A stretch of DNA of 64,000 nucleotides, taken from the NCBI GenBank assembly GCA_030141605.1, contig JAQGDQ010000115.1, positions 124,001 through 188,000 on the forward strand. The letters are read 5' to 3'. Shown piece by piece: positions 12,801 to 25,200 of this stretch (position 1 is its first letter; the number at the start of each line of letters is the position of its first letter). Made by a program: the position numbers and the translations under genes. The notes under the pieces were generated by a model that saw only the letters and a list, made by a program, of their open reading frames with translations, did not search any database and was not told the DNA's origin. This DNA is from Tubiluchus corallicola (taxonomy: Eukaryota > Animalia > Priapulida).

Positions 12801-15287
12801 ATGTCCAAAATTAATAATATTTCGGTTGTAACGAAAGGCGGAAATCGGCTTACAAATTTCCGGCCGCTATTTTCTCACGATGCGAAGTGCTTGTTTGTCA
12901 TTAATGGACGATCCGTTTTTGTTTACAGCGCTGTTAGTGGACTTGTTATACGCGAATTATGTAGGCATGAAGAAGACGTGATTGGTACGGCTTTGCATAG
13001 CAAAAATAACATGCAGTTAGTATCTTGCGATAAGCAAGGTGTTGTGGTACACTGGGACTATGTGGATGGCGTTCCATTGAAGGTCGTTCACCTGGATAAA
13101 CACTGCGTTTCCTTTTCAATGCCTTTCTGTGATGGAAGTTATTGTGTGATGGTGGATGTGTACAAACAACATAAAAGTGACGTATGTAATGACTGTAATC
13201 TTTTTCAAGCGAAGGTGAGTGGTAATAGCTGTGTAGACTGGAAATTTTTGATGAAAAACATGATGCCGGATTGTAATAAAATCGCTTTTGGAAAGAACTG
13301 CAGATACATAAGTAGCGTAAAAGGACGTCAGTTGTTAGTGTACAATTGTGTGAAAGAGAAAACTCGGAGACATTTGATAAGTGACAGAACATTTACTTGT
13401 GTGGCTGCTCATCCAGAAGAAGACATTATTGCAACTGGAGACAATTCTGGCAGAATTTTGCTGTGGTATAATAGCTTGTCGTCTAATCACCCTGCACAGA
13501 CAAGGCTGCATTGGCATGCATTGCCAGTTGCTTCTATATGTTTTTCACCCGAGGGTTCCTGCTTGTACAGTGTAGGCCAAGAAAGCACTCTGGTTAAATG
13601 GACTAGTGAATATAGAGAATTTCTACCTCATCTCGGTGCCCCCATGAAGCATGTTGCGTGCTCTTCTGATAATACATGTATCGCTACCAGCCATGATGAC
13701 AACTCCATTTTTCTTATCACGCCTCAAATGGCAATTATGCAACTTATACAGGGTCTCACTCATAACCATTACCTTCAAGAACAAGACTGTGATCGTCATA
13801 CCGGACTTTTATATGATTTTCGAAGTAAATCAGTAGTCATGAATGGGAAAATCGGACACCTACAGTTCTATTCTCTTCACGAAAATAAACTAATTTATAA
13901 TTTAGATGTTGTTGGTCAAAATGTCGTTTCTGGGCAGAGACATGTACGCATGCACTACACCGAAGTGGAAAAAGTTGCTATAACCTCTGATGGCAACTGG
14001 CTTGCCACTGTTCAGAAAAGATCTGATGACTGGAGCATGACGGAAATATGTCTTAAATTTTGGTGGTATGAAAGTCAAGACCAGACTTATGTTCTCAACA
14101 CTAGGGTTGAATTTCCTCACAAGCAGAAAGTTAACATGATAGCTTTTCAGCCTCATGCAGCTGATGATAACATTGTGCTTCGGTGCGTCACCTCTAGCGA
14201 CGATGGTCATTTTAAAGTTTGGGAACTGATTTCAGATGATGACATTCATAGTGCAATGCAAACATGGTCTTGTGTTTTTGTTGGATCTTTTAGAGATTTA
14301 CCTGCCAAGGCTGTTTCCTTTAGTGAAGATGGCTCATTGACAGCTGTTGCCTTTGGTCATATTCTCACACTATGGGATCTTGACACAGATGCCTTGAAAA
14401 TGACTTTATCCATCCCTGGAAATAAAGGTGCTATAACAAATTTTGTATTTGGTAAGAACAATGCTTCACATTTTTTGACTTCTTCAACAGAAAGCATGTT
14501 CGTTGTTTGGAACTTGTTTACTTGTAATATTGAGTGGACTATAGAAATAAGTGTTAGTGTTATAGCTGCTGATTGTCAAAGTGAAACTGTGGCAATTGTT
14601 ACAAAGCAAAATGATCTTTTTCTATATGATCTCCGTTGCTCCACACCGTTATTGACTTACACTGACATTGCAAAGTCACCAGTTTTTTCAGCATTGTTTG
14701 TGCCTAGCTATGTCGCATCAGTTGATGGCATTACATTTCCATGGAGAAGTAATTCGCAATTATACTTTCTAACGAAAGAGTTAAAAATCTTGTCTTTATC
14801 CCTTGATGAAGATGAAGGCTCAGCGGCAGGGAATACATTAAAATTAGCCGAAAGCAACTTTCAGTCTACTCCATTTAGCCAGCTTATTGCACAAAAATCA
14901 AGGAGTGACGTTGCACCTCTAAGTGTTAAGGAACACAAGAAATTAGCATCTTCTGATGGTGTTCAACAAATGCTCTCTGCACCAGCACATACATTACCAC
15001 CAGTAGACATTTTGTGTAAGAATTTCACGAAGTCACTCCTAGTGGCAAAAAAGACGGAGTTTGCCACGGATGGTGCTGACGACGACAATGATGTGCCAGT
15101 GCAGGATAGTGAGGTTGGGGATGAATCAGATATGGAAATTAATGATAGTAAATTTTACAACACTGATGTGATAGAGGTGCCTAAAATTAGTAATGCTCAA
15201 GATACAGCCAGGTGTGAAGTTAGTGAAGCCATGCTGACTGCTGTAGCTCGTGAAAACAGTGATTGGCTTCGCTCTTGTTTTACTTAA
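12801..15287 (+). CDS. WDR75: WD repeat-containing protein 75 (UTP17/NAN1 homolog, SSU processome UTP-A), single-exon ORF of 828 aa from ATG 12801
   Basis: N-terminus VVTKGG...PLFSHDAKCLF; HPEEDIIATGD..GRILLW; LHWHALPV....FSPEGS.LYS.G.ES.LVKW...EFLPHLGAP; NGKIGHLQFY; DGNWLATV; LKFW; Y.LNTR...PH; D.HFKVW; FSEDGSL.AVAF; PAHTLPPV..LC; acidic tail. The ORF track uses an upstream TTG (12765), but the first ATG is 12801. Confidence 0.93.
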   Translation: MSKINNISVVTKGGNRLTNFRPLFSHDAKCLFVINGRSVFVYSAVSGLVIRELCRHEEDVIGTALHSKNNMQLVSCDKQGVVVHWDYVDGVPLKVVHLDKHCVSFSMPFCDGSYCVMVDVYKQHKSDVCNDCNLFQAKVSGNSCVDWKFLMKNMMPDCNKIAFGKNCRYISSVKGRQLLVYNCVKEKTRRHLISDRTFTCVAAHPEEDIIATGDNSGRILLWYNSLSSNHPAQTRLHWHALPVASICFSPEGSCLYSVGQESTLVKWTSEYREFLPHLGAPMKHVACSSDNTCIATSHDDNSIFLITPQMAIMQLIQGLTHNHYLQEQDCDRHTGLLYDFRSKSVVMNGKIGHLQFYSLHENKLIYNLDVVGQNVVSGQRHVRMHYTEVEKVAITSDGNWLATVQKRSDDWSMTEICLKFWWYESQDQTYVLNTRVEFPHKQKVNMIAFQPHAADDNIVLRCVTSSDDGHFKVWELISDDDIHSAMQTWSCVFVGSFRDLPAKAVSFSEDGSLTAVAFGHILTLWDLDTDALKMTLSIPGNKGAITNFVFGKNNASHFLTSSTESMFVVWNLFTCNIEWTIEISVSVIAADCQSETVAIVTKQNDLFLYDLRCSTPLLTYTDIAKSPVFSALFVPSYVASVDGITFPWRSNSQLYFLTKELKILSLSLDEDEGSAAGNTLKLAESNFQSTPFSQLIAQKSRSDVAPLSVKEHKKLASSDGVQQMLSAPAHTLPPVDILCKNFTKSLLVAKKTEFATDGADDDNDVPVQDSEVGDESDMEINDSKFYNTDVIEVPKISNAQDTARCEVSEAMLTAVARENSDWLRSCFT

Positions 15288-15549
15288 TTATGTTGCTTCA
15301 TAAAATCATTTTACCTTATTCAAATGTTCAGTTTTTTGTGAGGAATTTCACTTATTTCTTAAGGGATTTTGGTGTGAAACCAAATTGACTATACTTACTG
15401 TTTTTATTGTTTGTAGTAATTTTTTCGTGTACTGAAAAATCACTTGAGAAATTTATGAATTTTGTACTACATGCATTGTTTAAGTAGGTGGTGTCTTGAC
15501 AATAAATGTTTAATAATATCGAACTCTGTCCTTTGAAAATATTGGAAAA

Positions 15550-15740
15550 GTGTGCTGTGGATAGTGTAGTGTGGTGGGTGTGGCATGGTGTGGGTGGTAT
15601 GATGTGGGTGTGATATTGTGTGGTGAGTGTTTTGTGGTGGTTGTGGCATGGCATTGGTGGCTTAGTGAACAGGTTGTGTGATATGGCTTGGTGTGGGAGT
15701 CAGGATGTGAGGCTTGTGGTATGGTTATCAATGTTTTTAC
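15550..15740. repeat. GT-rich low-complexity repeat (GTGTG/GTGGT-like)
   Basis: Directly visible; explains the His/Thr/Pro-rich minus-strand ORFs. Confidence 0.85.
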
Positions 15741-16645
15741 ACATAACACGTGGTTTGGCTACTAGTAGATTAATTTTCCCATGCTGATTTGGCGAATTTG
15801 CAGATTCCAGTAGTTGTACAGTAGCAGAAGTTGATTAATGTAGCTTCTGACCATGAGGCGGCAGCTGAATGTTGTCCTGGCAAGTGTTTAGCAATGGAAG
15901 TTAAGCAGCACCAAACCTGGTTGGTAAATGGATTGGTTGTTGCCAGAAAAACTGTCTATGGGAAGTTTTTCTGCCATAATTTCTTCAGTGATACAGGATG
16001 TATACAAACTGAAATGTGGCTGAGACACATCTGCTAGTTAGAAATCTTACATCTTTGTGTCATCTCACATCAGGAAATTTTCTGTAAGAAGTTTGCCTTG
16101 CTATTAAATGCTGGGCACAAGCCTATAGTGAGCTGAATTGTACAAATGTAACTAAACGATGCATAGTGAATCTAAAATGAAAATTTGTCACCAAAAAATC
16201 CTTGGTTGAAATTCATGCTCTGTTCCGGCTTTTTCATGATTTCTTTCAGATAGTGTGGCTTCAAAAATTCAAAAATTGTAAGTTTATTCCACTAGTTAGT
16301 AATTTCAACAAGTAATCTTATAATTAAGCTTATGTAAATTATTTACACATGTTTCTTTACTATGATATTTAGTTCAACAGCTTTAATCATATGTCCATAG
16401 CATTCTGAAAAAAATGTGTCTAGACTATAATAAACAGGTTTCACCATCAACACACTGCCTGTTTGTCACCTAGATAATAGATAAAACATTATTACTGTTG
16501 GTCATGTACTATCAATAGGTCCCTGTAGTGTCTCCCTGCAGTAAGCCGCTATGATAAGCAAATGTAAAGTAAATCTAACAGTAACCTTCCCATTGCTATA
16601 AGTTAAAATAATTTTAACTTTTTGTAATAATTTTGTAAGGGGATA

Positions 16646-16772
16646 CAGTAACTGACTACTACAATAACTGCTTGAGTGATATTTAGATAGGAAAAATAAT
16701 AGTAGCACTAACTGACTACTACAGTAACTGCTTGGGTGACATTTAGATATGAAAAATTCTAGTAGCAGTACT
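16646..16772. repeat. ~60-bp tandem duplication
   Basis: TAACTGACTACTACA.TAACTGCTTG.GTGA.ATTTAGATA.GAAAAAT..TAGTAGCA occurs twice in tandem. Confidence 0.85.
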
Positions 16773-17040
16773 GTGAGACAAGAATAGCACAAACTGTCTA
16801 TTAGTTTGAAGTTTTATTTTTTATCAGTTTTCATAATTTTCGCAGTAAGTCTAAGTTGCCAATTTTTGTCACTTATTAGGACATTATTGGTAAATACACT
16901 CCATCAGGAGCTCCACACTCACAAATGGCTAAATGCATTCTGTACCACGAAAGGCTATAATCATGCATTTAAGTATTAACAAAACGTTTTAAAAATTAAA
17001 ATTAACAATCATGAGCTGCAGTTATGATTAATGATAATAA

Positions 17041-17446
17041 TTACTCTACTCTACCTTACTCCACTCTTCTCTACTGTACTCTAGTCTAGTTAGTTCTTAT
17101 CTACTCTGTTCTACTCTACTCTGCTGTACTCTTTTCTACTCTACTCTACTCTGCTCTACTTAGTTCTGCTCTTCCCTACTCTACTCTACTTTACCTTACT
17201 CTGTTCTACACTATTGTACTCTAGTTAGTTCTGTTCTACTCAGCTCTACTCTACTCTATTTAATTCTGCTCTTCCCCACTCTACTACACTATTCCACTCT
17301 AATCAACTCTGCTCTACGCTACTCTGCTCTGCTCTACACTATTCTTCTATACTCAGCTCTACTCTACTCTATTCTACTTTACCTTACTTTATTTTATACT
17401 ACTTTACTCTACTCTACTCAACTCTACTTTACTTTACTCTGCTCTA
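17041..17446. repeat. Degenerate (CTACT)n pentamer satellite
   Basis: Directly visible. Confidence 0.95.
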
Positions 17447-18329
17447 ATACATGTAAAATAATAATCTTCACCTAGCATTGCGTCAGTCTGGTAAGGCTCT
17501 GGTTGGTTGGTTCGCTGTAAATTTTTTTTGTCAAATATACACTTGCCTTTCCACAATTTGAAAAGAAAATTTGTACATGTTTTCGATAGTATTTTATGTG
17601 CAAATTGTGGTCGTCTGGCAAAAGTTCAATTTTTAATGCGACGACGCTCTATGAACACTGAGCAGACATAGTCACTATCTGGGAAAAATGTCGTGATGGA
17701 AGTTATCTACTTTATCTTACTTTTCAGTGAAATGTGTGTCAGTAAAATATTATGATTCTTTTCACTGGACTGCAATAGGATTAAAAGTCACACATCCGAT
17801 CCGCTATCAGCGTAAATATATATAGTGAGGAAATGCATCACTAATTCTTGCTAGTTACACATGCACGCACGCACACACGTGCGCACATACTTTGTTTTAA
17901 AACTGCTAACTTTTATAACTAGCGTGCTGATTTATTACTACTGAAATCACGTTTTTTTAAACTGCTGTACTGATCGAGTGCCTACTTGTTAAATACCTTT
18001 CAAAATGTCACATACTTCGTTTATTCAAATATTTTAGTAGAATATAAGCCAAAATTTTGATTCCGTATTCTAATTATTACTTGACGCTACGTAGTGTTCG
18101 CCTATAGACTCTGATAAGATAACTTTAAATCTATGCTATATGTATATATAAGCTAAGGATTGCGTCATAACTCTTGCCCAGCTGGACGTCAACAACCCCA
18201 GCTAAACCCTAGAAAGGATTAAATTTTAGCACTTATTTGGCTGATTGCTTTCATGGTTTCGAGATACAAAAGTTTAGTACGCTAGCTAATCCTGATCAAA
18301 ATTGAAACTGTGCTAGCTTAAACGTAATG

Positions 18330-19016
18330 TACCTTCAACCATGGACGCTTGTAGCAACACACAATAGGCCAGGGCATTTCGAGCTGGCAACAGCCATCTT
18401 GTCGGCCGTCTTGAATGTCTTGGCCATGTTGGATAATTTTCAATAGGCTCCATATCCACCTGATTGGTTTTTGTGCGAAGCTTCCTGCTTTTAAGGCAAA
18501 ATAAGCAATTCTGTCATTTTGTGCAACATTTGTAGTAATCTTAGCTGCCATCTTGAATTTGTGTGTTATTATAGGAACTCTTAAGCATCAGATATGTGTT
18601 CCTTGACCTTGAAAACCTACATTTTGGCAATAAAATTATTAGCCCGTATGCTCTGATAGCTAAAATGTAGCCCTTATAAGCTAGCAACAGCCATATTGTC
18701 GAAAATTGTGGCCATATAGGTAAAATGTTGATTAACTCCATAATCAAAATTAATCACTTTAATGAGCTCTACAACTGTGCAAAGTTTCATGTTTTTGAAT
18801 CAAAATGAGGATTTTTTCAGCATTCTGGTAGACTAAATACCCAATCATTTCGGTCAAATGGCGGCCATCTTTTTGACGTCATAATTTGGCCCTTTGCAGT
18901 ACTCAGAATTGGCATAATTTGGACATTTTATTCTCTGGACCACATACTACAAGAAAACACCAAAAAAACGTTTTCTTGCAATTTTTCGGGGCAAGTCAGC
19001 AAATTGACACTACTAC
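18330..19016. mobile_element. Probable decayed DNA-transposon-derived repeat (family uncertain, possibly Academ-like)
   Basis: Repeated GCCATCTT/GGCGGCCAT motifs, CCTTGACCTTGAAAACC, and an end resembling GACACTACTA. No paired TIR or TSD found. Confidence 0.35.
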
Positions 19017-21721
19017 TCTTTGTTGAACGGAATCTAGCAGGCGCTTTTTTAGGTTTCTTGGTAGTAAAGCCTAGAACTCGTAATTAAGGATTCCTGTTTG
19101 ACTTCTGACAAAACACGTTCTTTTCTCTTGTTTTGGGAGTTTACTTTTGACGATCAGAATCGTAATAGCCAATGTTATCATGTTATGTGTGTAGTTATTC
19201 ATCAATTGGTTACGTATGGATTGTCACATTTTATTTCTCTTGTATGTCGTTTTGATTTTACAATTGCTCTTGTTATCGCAACTCTTTTTTTCCGTCAAGT
19301 TAACGAGCTGTGTTAAAATAGACTTTTATCAACAGGCAACTTCGGACTTACGAGTACGCTATCTTTGGATGAATCTAGCTGGGAGTCGGCATACAGCACA
19401 GAACACAACACACCAGTACATCACAAAACCTTTTTTCGCAAAGAACAAATATTCACAACGTTCACATATTCTATGAAGCCAACTGAAGCCTTACAGCATA
19501 ACTTTCTGTTGACCTCTCAACACTAGTGACTCACTACAAACGGTTTCATTCTGACCTGTCTGTGCACCACATCACAAATAACACAAATAATTGATTTATA
19601 TTCAAACAGTCTTTTTAAATTTTGCAAGAAATCGCACTCACGTACTTGTAAATAGTAAATCAGCTTTTTAAGGTTTTTCTTGTTTTTATTAGATAATATT
19701 TAGATAGTATTTTAGATAGTAATTAAATTGTATTTTACTGTGTTTGTTATAATTCCAGATATTATAAGGCAAAAATATAATTATTAGCGTATTTTATATT
19801 TTTTTCTTCCCACTTGAATTCAGCTTTGTTATCAAAAAATATTTCTATTCTGCTAGCCTTATAATTATGAGTTGTGTTAACTTTACAATTCAGTTATTTT
19901 TGCCTCAGCCGTGGGTGCAGTGTGACGCACATCTAGAAGGAACCGGTCTTTTGTATCAAGTCTTCGCTTCAATCATCACAAGCAGAATAGATCGCTGCAC
20001 ATTAGTCACAAGACAAGATGTCAGTCAGCTCGATAATTTGGCAGCAAAAAAAGAGTTTTTTTAAACGTCGCGTTTGTCATTAACTAATTGGTGGCAATAG
20101 TTATAGACTAATTCTGAATGGTTTCATCCGCCATACTGCCGTGTTTTTCTCATTGAATGGAGCTTTCATCCATAATCTCCGCTGCTTCAGTTCATAGTCG
20201 CAACGAATTATTCTCAGTAAACAGTTACGTTTTGATCCTGCCACAAACGACAAAAAATTGTAATCCATGTCTTAAAGTCAAAGAAAATGCAATTTCAAAG
20301 TATGTCTCAAAGCGTTCCACACAAAGTTACACTATAATAGCATTACGCTTACCTGTTTGAAAAAGCTTATGCAACTAGGAAAGAAAATTCTTAATAATTA
20401 AAAAAATTCGCACCAACTGGTAAAACGTCACCGCATGACCATCCCAGAATGCACCACTGACTCACCAAAAGAAACTCATTATTGATTTTATTGACAGTAT
20501 GACTTCAGTTAGTGGACCAAAAAACAAACTGTTTTTTAGAACTTTATTATTGAAATTCTGTCATTTAAATGCAAAGAATAACAAAATAATTATGATTATC
20601 AACGACATTGTATATTACATCAACTAAACCGAATAGAGAGAAATGCTGAATTACGAAGAAACATCTTATTCTACCACACAGTTTAAAAAATAATCATTTG
20701 CGACGCATCTTACACATTAACAATAAAAGACTGGTGCCAAAATTTAAGAAATGTAATGGCAGTTTTTAAAGAATGCTTACTATACCTTCTATACATTAGC
20801 TTTATGCTGAACTGTTTCATCCACAAAACTTAACTGAACAAGACAGGCAAAAACATTCGTGAAGCACTACGTAGAGGTCTCAAAGGGAATGCTTAGTCCT
20901 TTTTTATTATCTTCACCAGGACAACCAACTACGAGCTAGTTCCATGTTCAATTTCAATGAATTCTCGCTTTGCCAACTAATTAACCACCTAGCCGTCTGT
21001 AGCCTTTGCTTATTAATGTGTATGGCCTTATAAACTGATTTGGTATGTAAATACGTATATTTGTTAGTCTATTACCATCGCCAAAATTAATGCTTAAAGA
21101 AACGTAGACAAACACTATGTGGAATATTCGCTAATTATTGACTATAAATCTATTTAATGAACAAAATGTTTTGTGAGTCTTTTGCTAGTTTACATAATAC
21201 TTATACAGGTACGTTTTTGCATGTATGTTTGTTTATCTTAGTTTTAAGTTTTTTAATCAAAAGAATCAGACACATAAGGCTTTGACCTACTGTTTACTAC
21301 TAGAGATTTGTTTCCTACTGAGCGCATTCTAGTTTTGTTACAGAAATTAACTGCATCAAAATAAAACATGTGCCGTTTTTACCTACTTTTCCGTTTGTGT
21401 CATTTTCGCAGCACCATTTTACCTGCGTGATTTTTACCGCGCACCATCACGGACCGTTGCTTCATGCTAAAAAATTTGACGATTAAAAAAATGGGAGTCA
21501 GGAAGATGCAATAACACTGATGCGATTGTCGTTTGAAAACGGAAAGGTAAAATGAAAGCAACATTTCAATTAGACTTAGAAACTTATGAAAGAACGCATG
21601 ACAAATTCAGATCGTCCACTAACGCAGAAATGATAAAATTTTTGGATAAGGCTTCTAAGTTTCCAAAATTCAAGAAATGCATTTCAAGCTGAAACTCTGT
21701 CCCGGCCCGTTGTCGCCGGGC

Positions 21722-22206
21722 CTTTCAAGATTCAAGATTCGTTTATTCCACTTCACACAAAACATAATAGAGTCGATATTACAATATTAAATAACGGAAA
21801 TTTACAATTTAACAATTATTTAATTACGATTTAACAATGTAAATAATTTAAAGAAAGTTAGAATAATGCATTTTGTCACAAGCTCCCCTGAAACCTAGCT
21901 TGACGGAAAACTTGAAAGATGGAACAGAAGTAAAGATGGGCCTTACGATACCCCCTGGCTGGCCTATTGTTCGCTGATATTATGAATAAAAGACTCAAGT
22001 ACCACTGACCTCTTGTCACAATCCGTCTGCGTGAACGACACTGCTGCTAAATAATACACCGTAAATCGTGTGGAACTGAATGGCCTTTTAATGGGAATGT
22101 GACGAATTCGGTATGTAAAATTGAGTTCAGAGAGGCATAAAACTTGTCCGCTAATCTTACTTGATATTAAGCTAAGACTTTTGTACACAAAATTGTTGCT
22201 ATGCAT
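21722..22206 (-). mobile_element. LINE 3' fragment (CR1/L2 group) with short tandem tail
   Basis: Minus-strand FVYKSL...STRFTVYYLAA; AATAAA followed by a (GAATCTT)n tail at about 21722-21748. Confidence 0.55.
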
Positions 22207-22292
22207 CTAAGAAGCAGCTTTTGGGAAAATAAATATTAGCAAGAGTAGTTTGTAAATTTGTGTCTGCTTTTCATCTTACTCCAACCGGAAGA

Positions 22293-25200
22293 ATGCAGCA
22301 GAAGAAGCACGGAAAACTCCTGTGCGCCGCTGTTAGCTTGATTTTTCTTTACAGTGCTACCCAATGGAGTGGATTAACTGCTACCGCTTGGAGGAGACTA
22401 GCATCTCAAGCAGTGAGTGGTGATGTAAGGAGGCCAGCATTTCAAGCAGTGAGTCGTGATGTAACACATTTTAGATTGGCAATGCGAATTAAGCAGATAG
22501 ACATTGCTACGAGCAAAACTCTGCGCCCCCAATAATCTGTATCTCGTAGAAGCAGACAGGGCTAATGTCAGAGACTTAATTTTAAACGGTTTTTTGGATA
22601 AAAAGCTTGGTGATCTTAAGTTTAATGAACTCCTAACACTTGTTAGGCAATTCATTAATAATTCACGTTGTCACTCTCTTGCATCTAATTCCTTTCATAA
22701 GTGTTATGATTACGTTCCTGACAACATTTTAGGTAATATTCGGTTTAAAAATGTAAGCATGCGTTAAAAGAACATGCAATTTATTTGTCTGATAGCCCGA
22801 TTCTCTACGAATAAATTTTAGTAGGTTTATGTTATCGTCTCATCATCTGAGGGCTAGGACTGGCAGATGGGACAGATCAAGGCCCCTTCAAAAGTCTTTT
22901 GAACGGGTCTTGGGACACACCACCCATTCCTCGTGATAAAAGGATATGCAGGTGTGATAATATCTCTGTTCAAGACGAGTCGCATGTTATTGCACAATGT
23001 AGATTATGTCAGCCAATTAGAGAAACGTATGCTGTGTATTTAAAACACAGTGCAAGAGCAATTTGATATAAAGCCTGAATTTTGTGGTAAATTCTTCTCT
23101 GCAATTTTGAAAATTTACAATAAATTCGCCGTGTTGTTATTTCTTGTTAACATCATTTATTTTTTCTAACGCCGTGCCAATTTTTGTAATGTTATTGATG
23201 GATTATAATTGTCAGTAAAATACTACTACTACTACTGCTACTACTATCAGAATTCCAAGCCGATCTATATAGTAACAAACACGTAGTAAACAATAGACAC
23301 GAAGACAACACAACATTTTTATAAAACGTATAAAGTGAAACTCATTGCTACTAAGCAATAGAGATGCAATTTTTGGTAAAAATGTCAAACATATATCTAT
23401 CAGTCGCTCAGATAAAATCAAGGAAACTTAGAAAAATGGCGTTGCGCATGATTTCGGACACTATCTAGCTGCTGTTAAATTTATTTACCAGGAATTTTTT
23501 ACGCACGAATACAATTAACTAGGCCTACACTAGAAATTTTTGCATACTGATAGTTTAAAACTGGTAAATAAAGTTAACAATTGTGGGAAAAATTCAAGTG
23601 TTCTAATTTGCTTTTAAAGCTATTATGTTAATCACCTCTCTTTTTAACAGAGTTCATTCGATGGATACAAGCAGTTTCAAAGTGTACTACACTTGGCTAT
23701 TAGTATTGCTGGCAGTGAGAAATACACAGAGCAGGCTTTAGTTATGTTGAAAAGTGCCTTAATGGTGACTTCAGTGCCTGTTCAACTACATATCATAGTC
23801 AAGGGTTCTGAAACAAAAGACATTGTGCAAATGAAGGTGAGTCATTGCAACGTGTATTCGGCTCATAAAAATAGGTAGCTAACATGTCTGCTAATAAGCG
23901 AACTTATTTACTGACACAAATTTGCAGACTAATATGACACGCATTAATTTTATCTTTAATTCAGGCATAGTGGTGTAACGAAAATCTCGATTCTCTTTTA
24001 GTATGAATCTAGATCCGGTTTTTCCTCTGCGGCTATGAAATGGTACGCCCTATGGTGCACCCATACACAACAAGCTATTTGCATACTGATGATTATGACT
24101 CGACGTTTGTTATGCATATAGTTGTGTTAAGCCATGATAATGTGTACACTGTGTTCGGTTTTTGTGATGTGTGCATTATGTCCGTCATTGTGTTGTGTGC
24201 ATCGAATGTCATCACTGTGTGCTTTTGTTTGCAACCGTTGTGGGTATGCACTGTTTTCAGTCATTCGGATGCATGCATTGTGTTCAGTGATTGTGATCTG
24301 TGTTTAGACTGATTACTAAAAATGTGTTCCGTACATTGTGTTCATTGATAGTAATCTGTCCATTGTGTGCAGTCATTGTGATATGGGCACTGTATGACAT
24401 CTTTGTAATGTGTGCATTGTGTTCACTTCACTCATTGTGGTGCGTGCATTAAGTAAGCAATTTATTGTCATTATAGCATAATAGATACAATGGAATTTAT
24501 GTGGTTTTACCTACTAATATAACTTTTAGAAACAACAAGGAGATTAACACAAATAACTTAATCAGTCGTGCGGTAAAACAGAGATTTTATATTGGAGATT
24601 TACTGAAATTTACTGTTGATGGTGCGAGTTGCTGAGTTTTAAACGATAATTTTTAGGTTTTTATAGCTATTGTTTTTGCCGTCATTATTATAAATACGTT
24701 TTTTACGTGTTTTGATTGCGTACAATCTGGTCAAAGTAAGAACGCAAGCGAAATGGACCTAATTATTAAAAATCCCTTTTAAATCCCAAATCTGCGAAAT
24801 TTGGAACACTAAAATAACTTGTTTTCTTTCATTATTTTGTTTTAGTTACAGGAATGGCAAAAGTATAGGAAGGCGGATTACATCTTTTATCCACTTGATA
24901 TGATAGACGTACCTCGCGAACTTGTGAAAAGGTGTAAACCAGGCCAAAGTGTAATACTTTTTCTTCCTGTGTTTCCTTTTTTCTTTTTTACATTTACTCA
25001 TTCACGCACTCACTGATTTACAATAAAGACCCTATTTCAATTAAAACTGAAATTCACTGTTTTTGCGATGATTACCTTCTGAAAATGATAAAATACTATT
25101 TCTAATAAGTTACTATCAACAATTAATTGAAACTTTCTCATTTACAGGACATTTTTTCTACACTGGAAAAAGTCATTTACTTAGACGTAGATATGATTAT

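Noticed and set aside
12946-14210. Overlapping and antisense ORFs within WDR75
   Set aside because: Shadow ORFs of a real coding sequence.
15352-15749. His/Thr/Pro-rich ORFs
   Set aside because: Reverse translation of a GT-rich low-complexity repeat.
22504-22767. 87-aa ORF as a possible GXYLT exon
   Set aside because: Its donor (G|gtaata, phase 1) is incompatible with the phase-0 acceptor at 23651, and it is continuous with a LINE relic.
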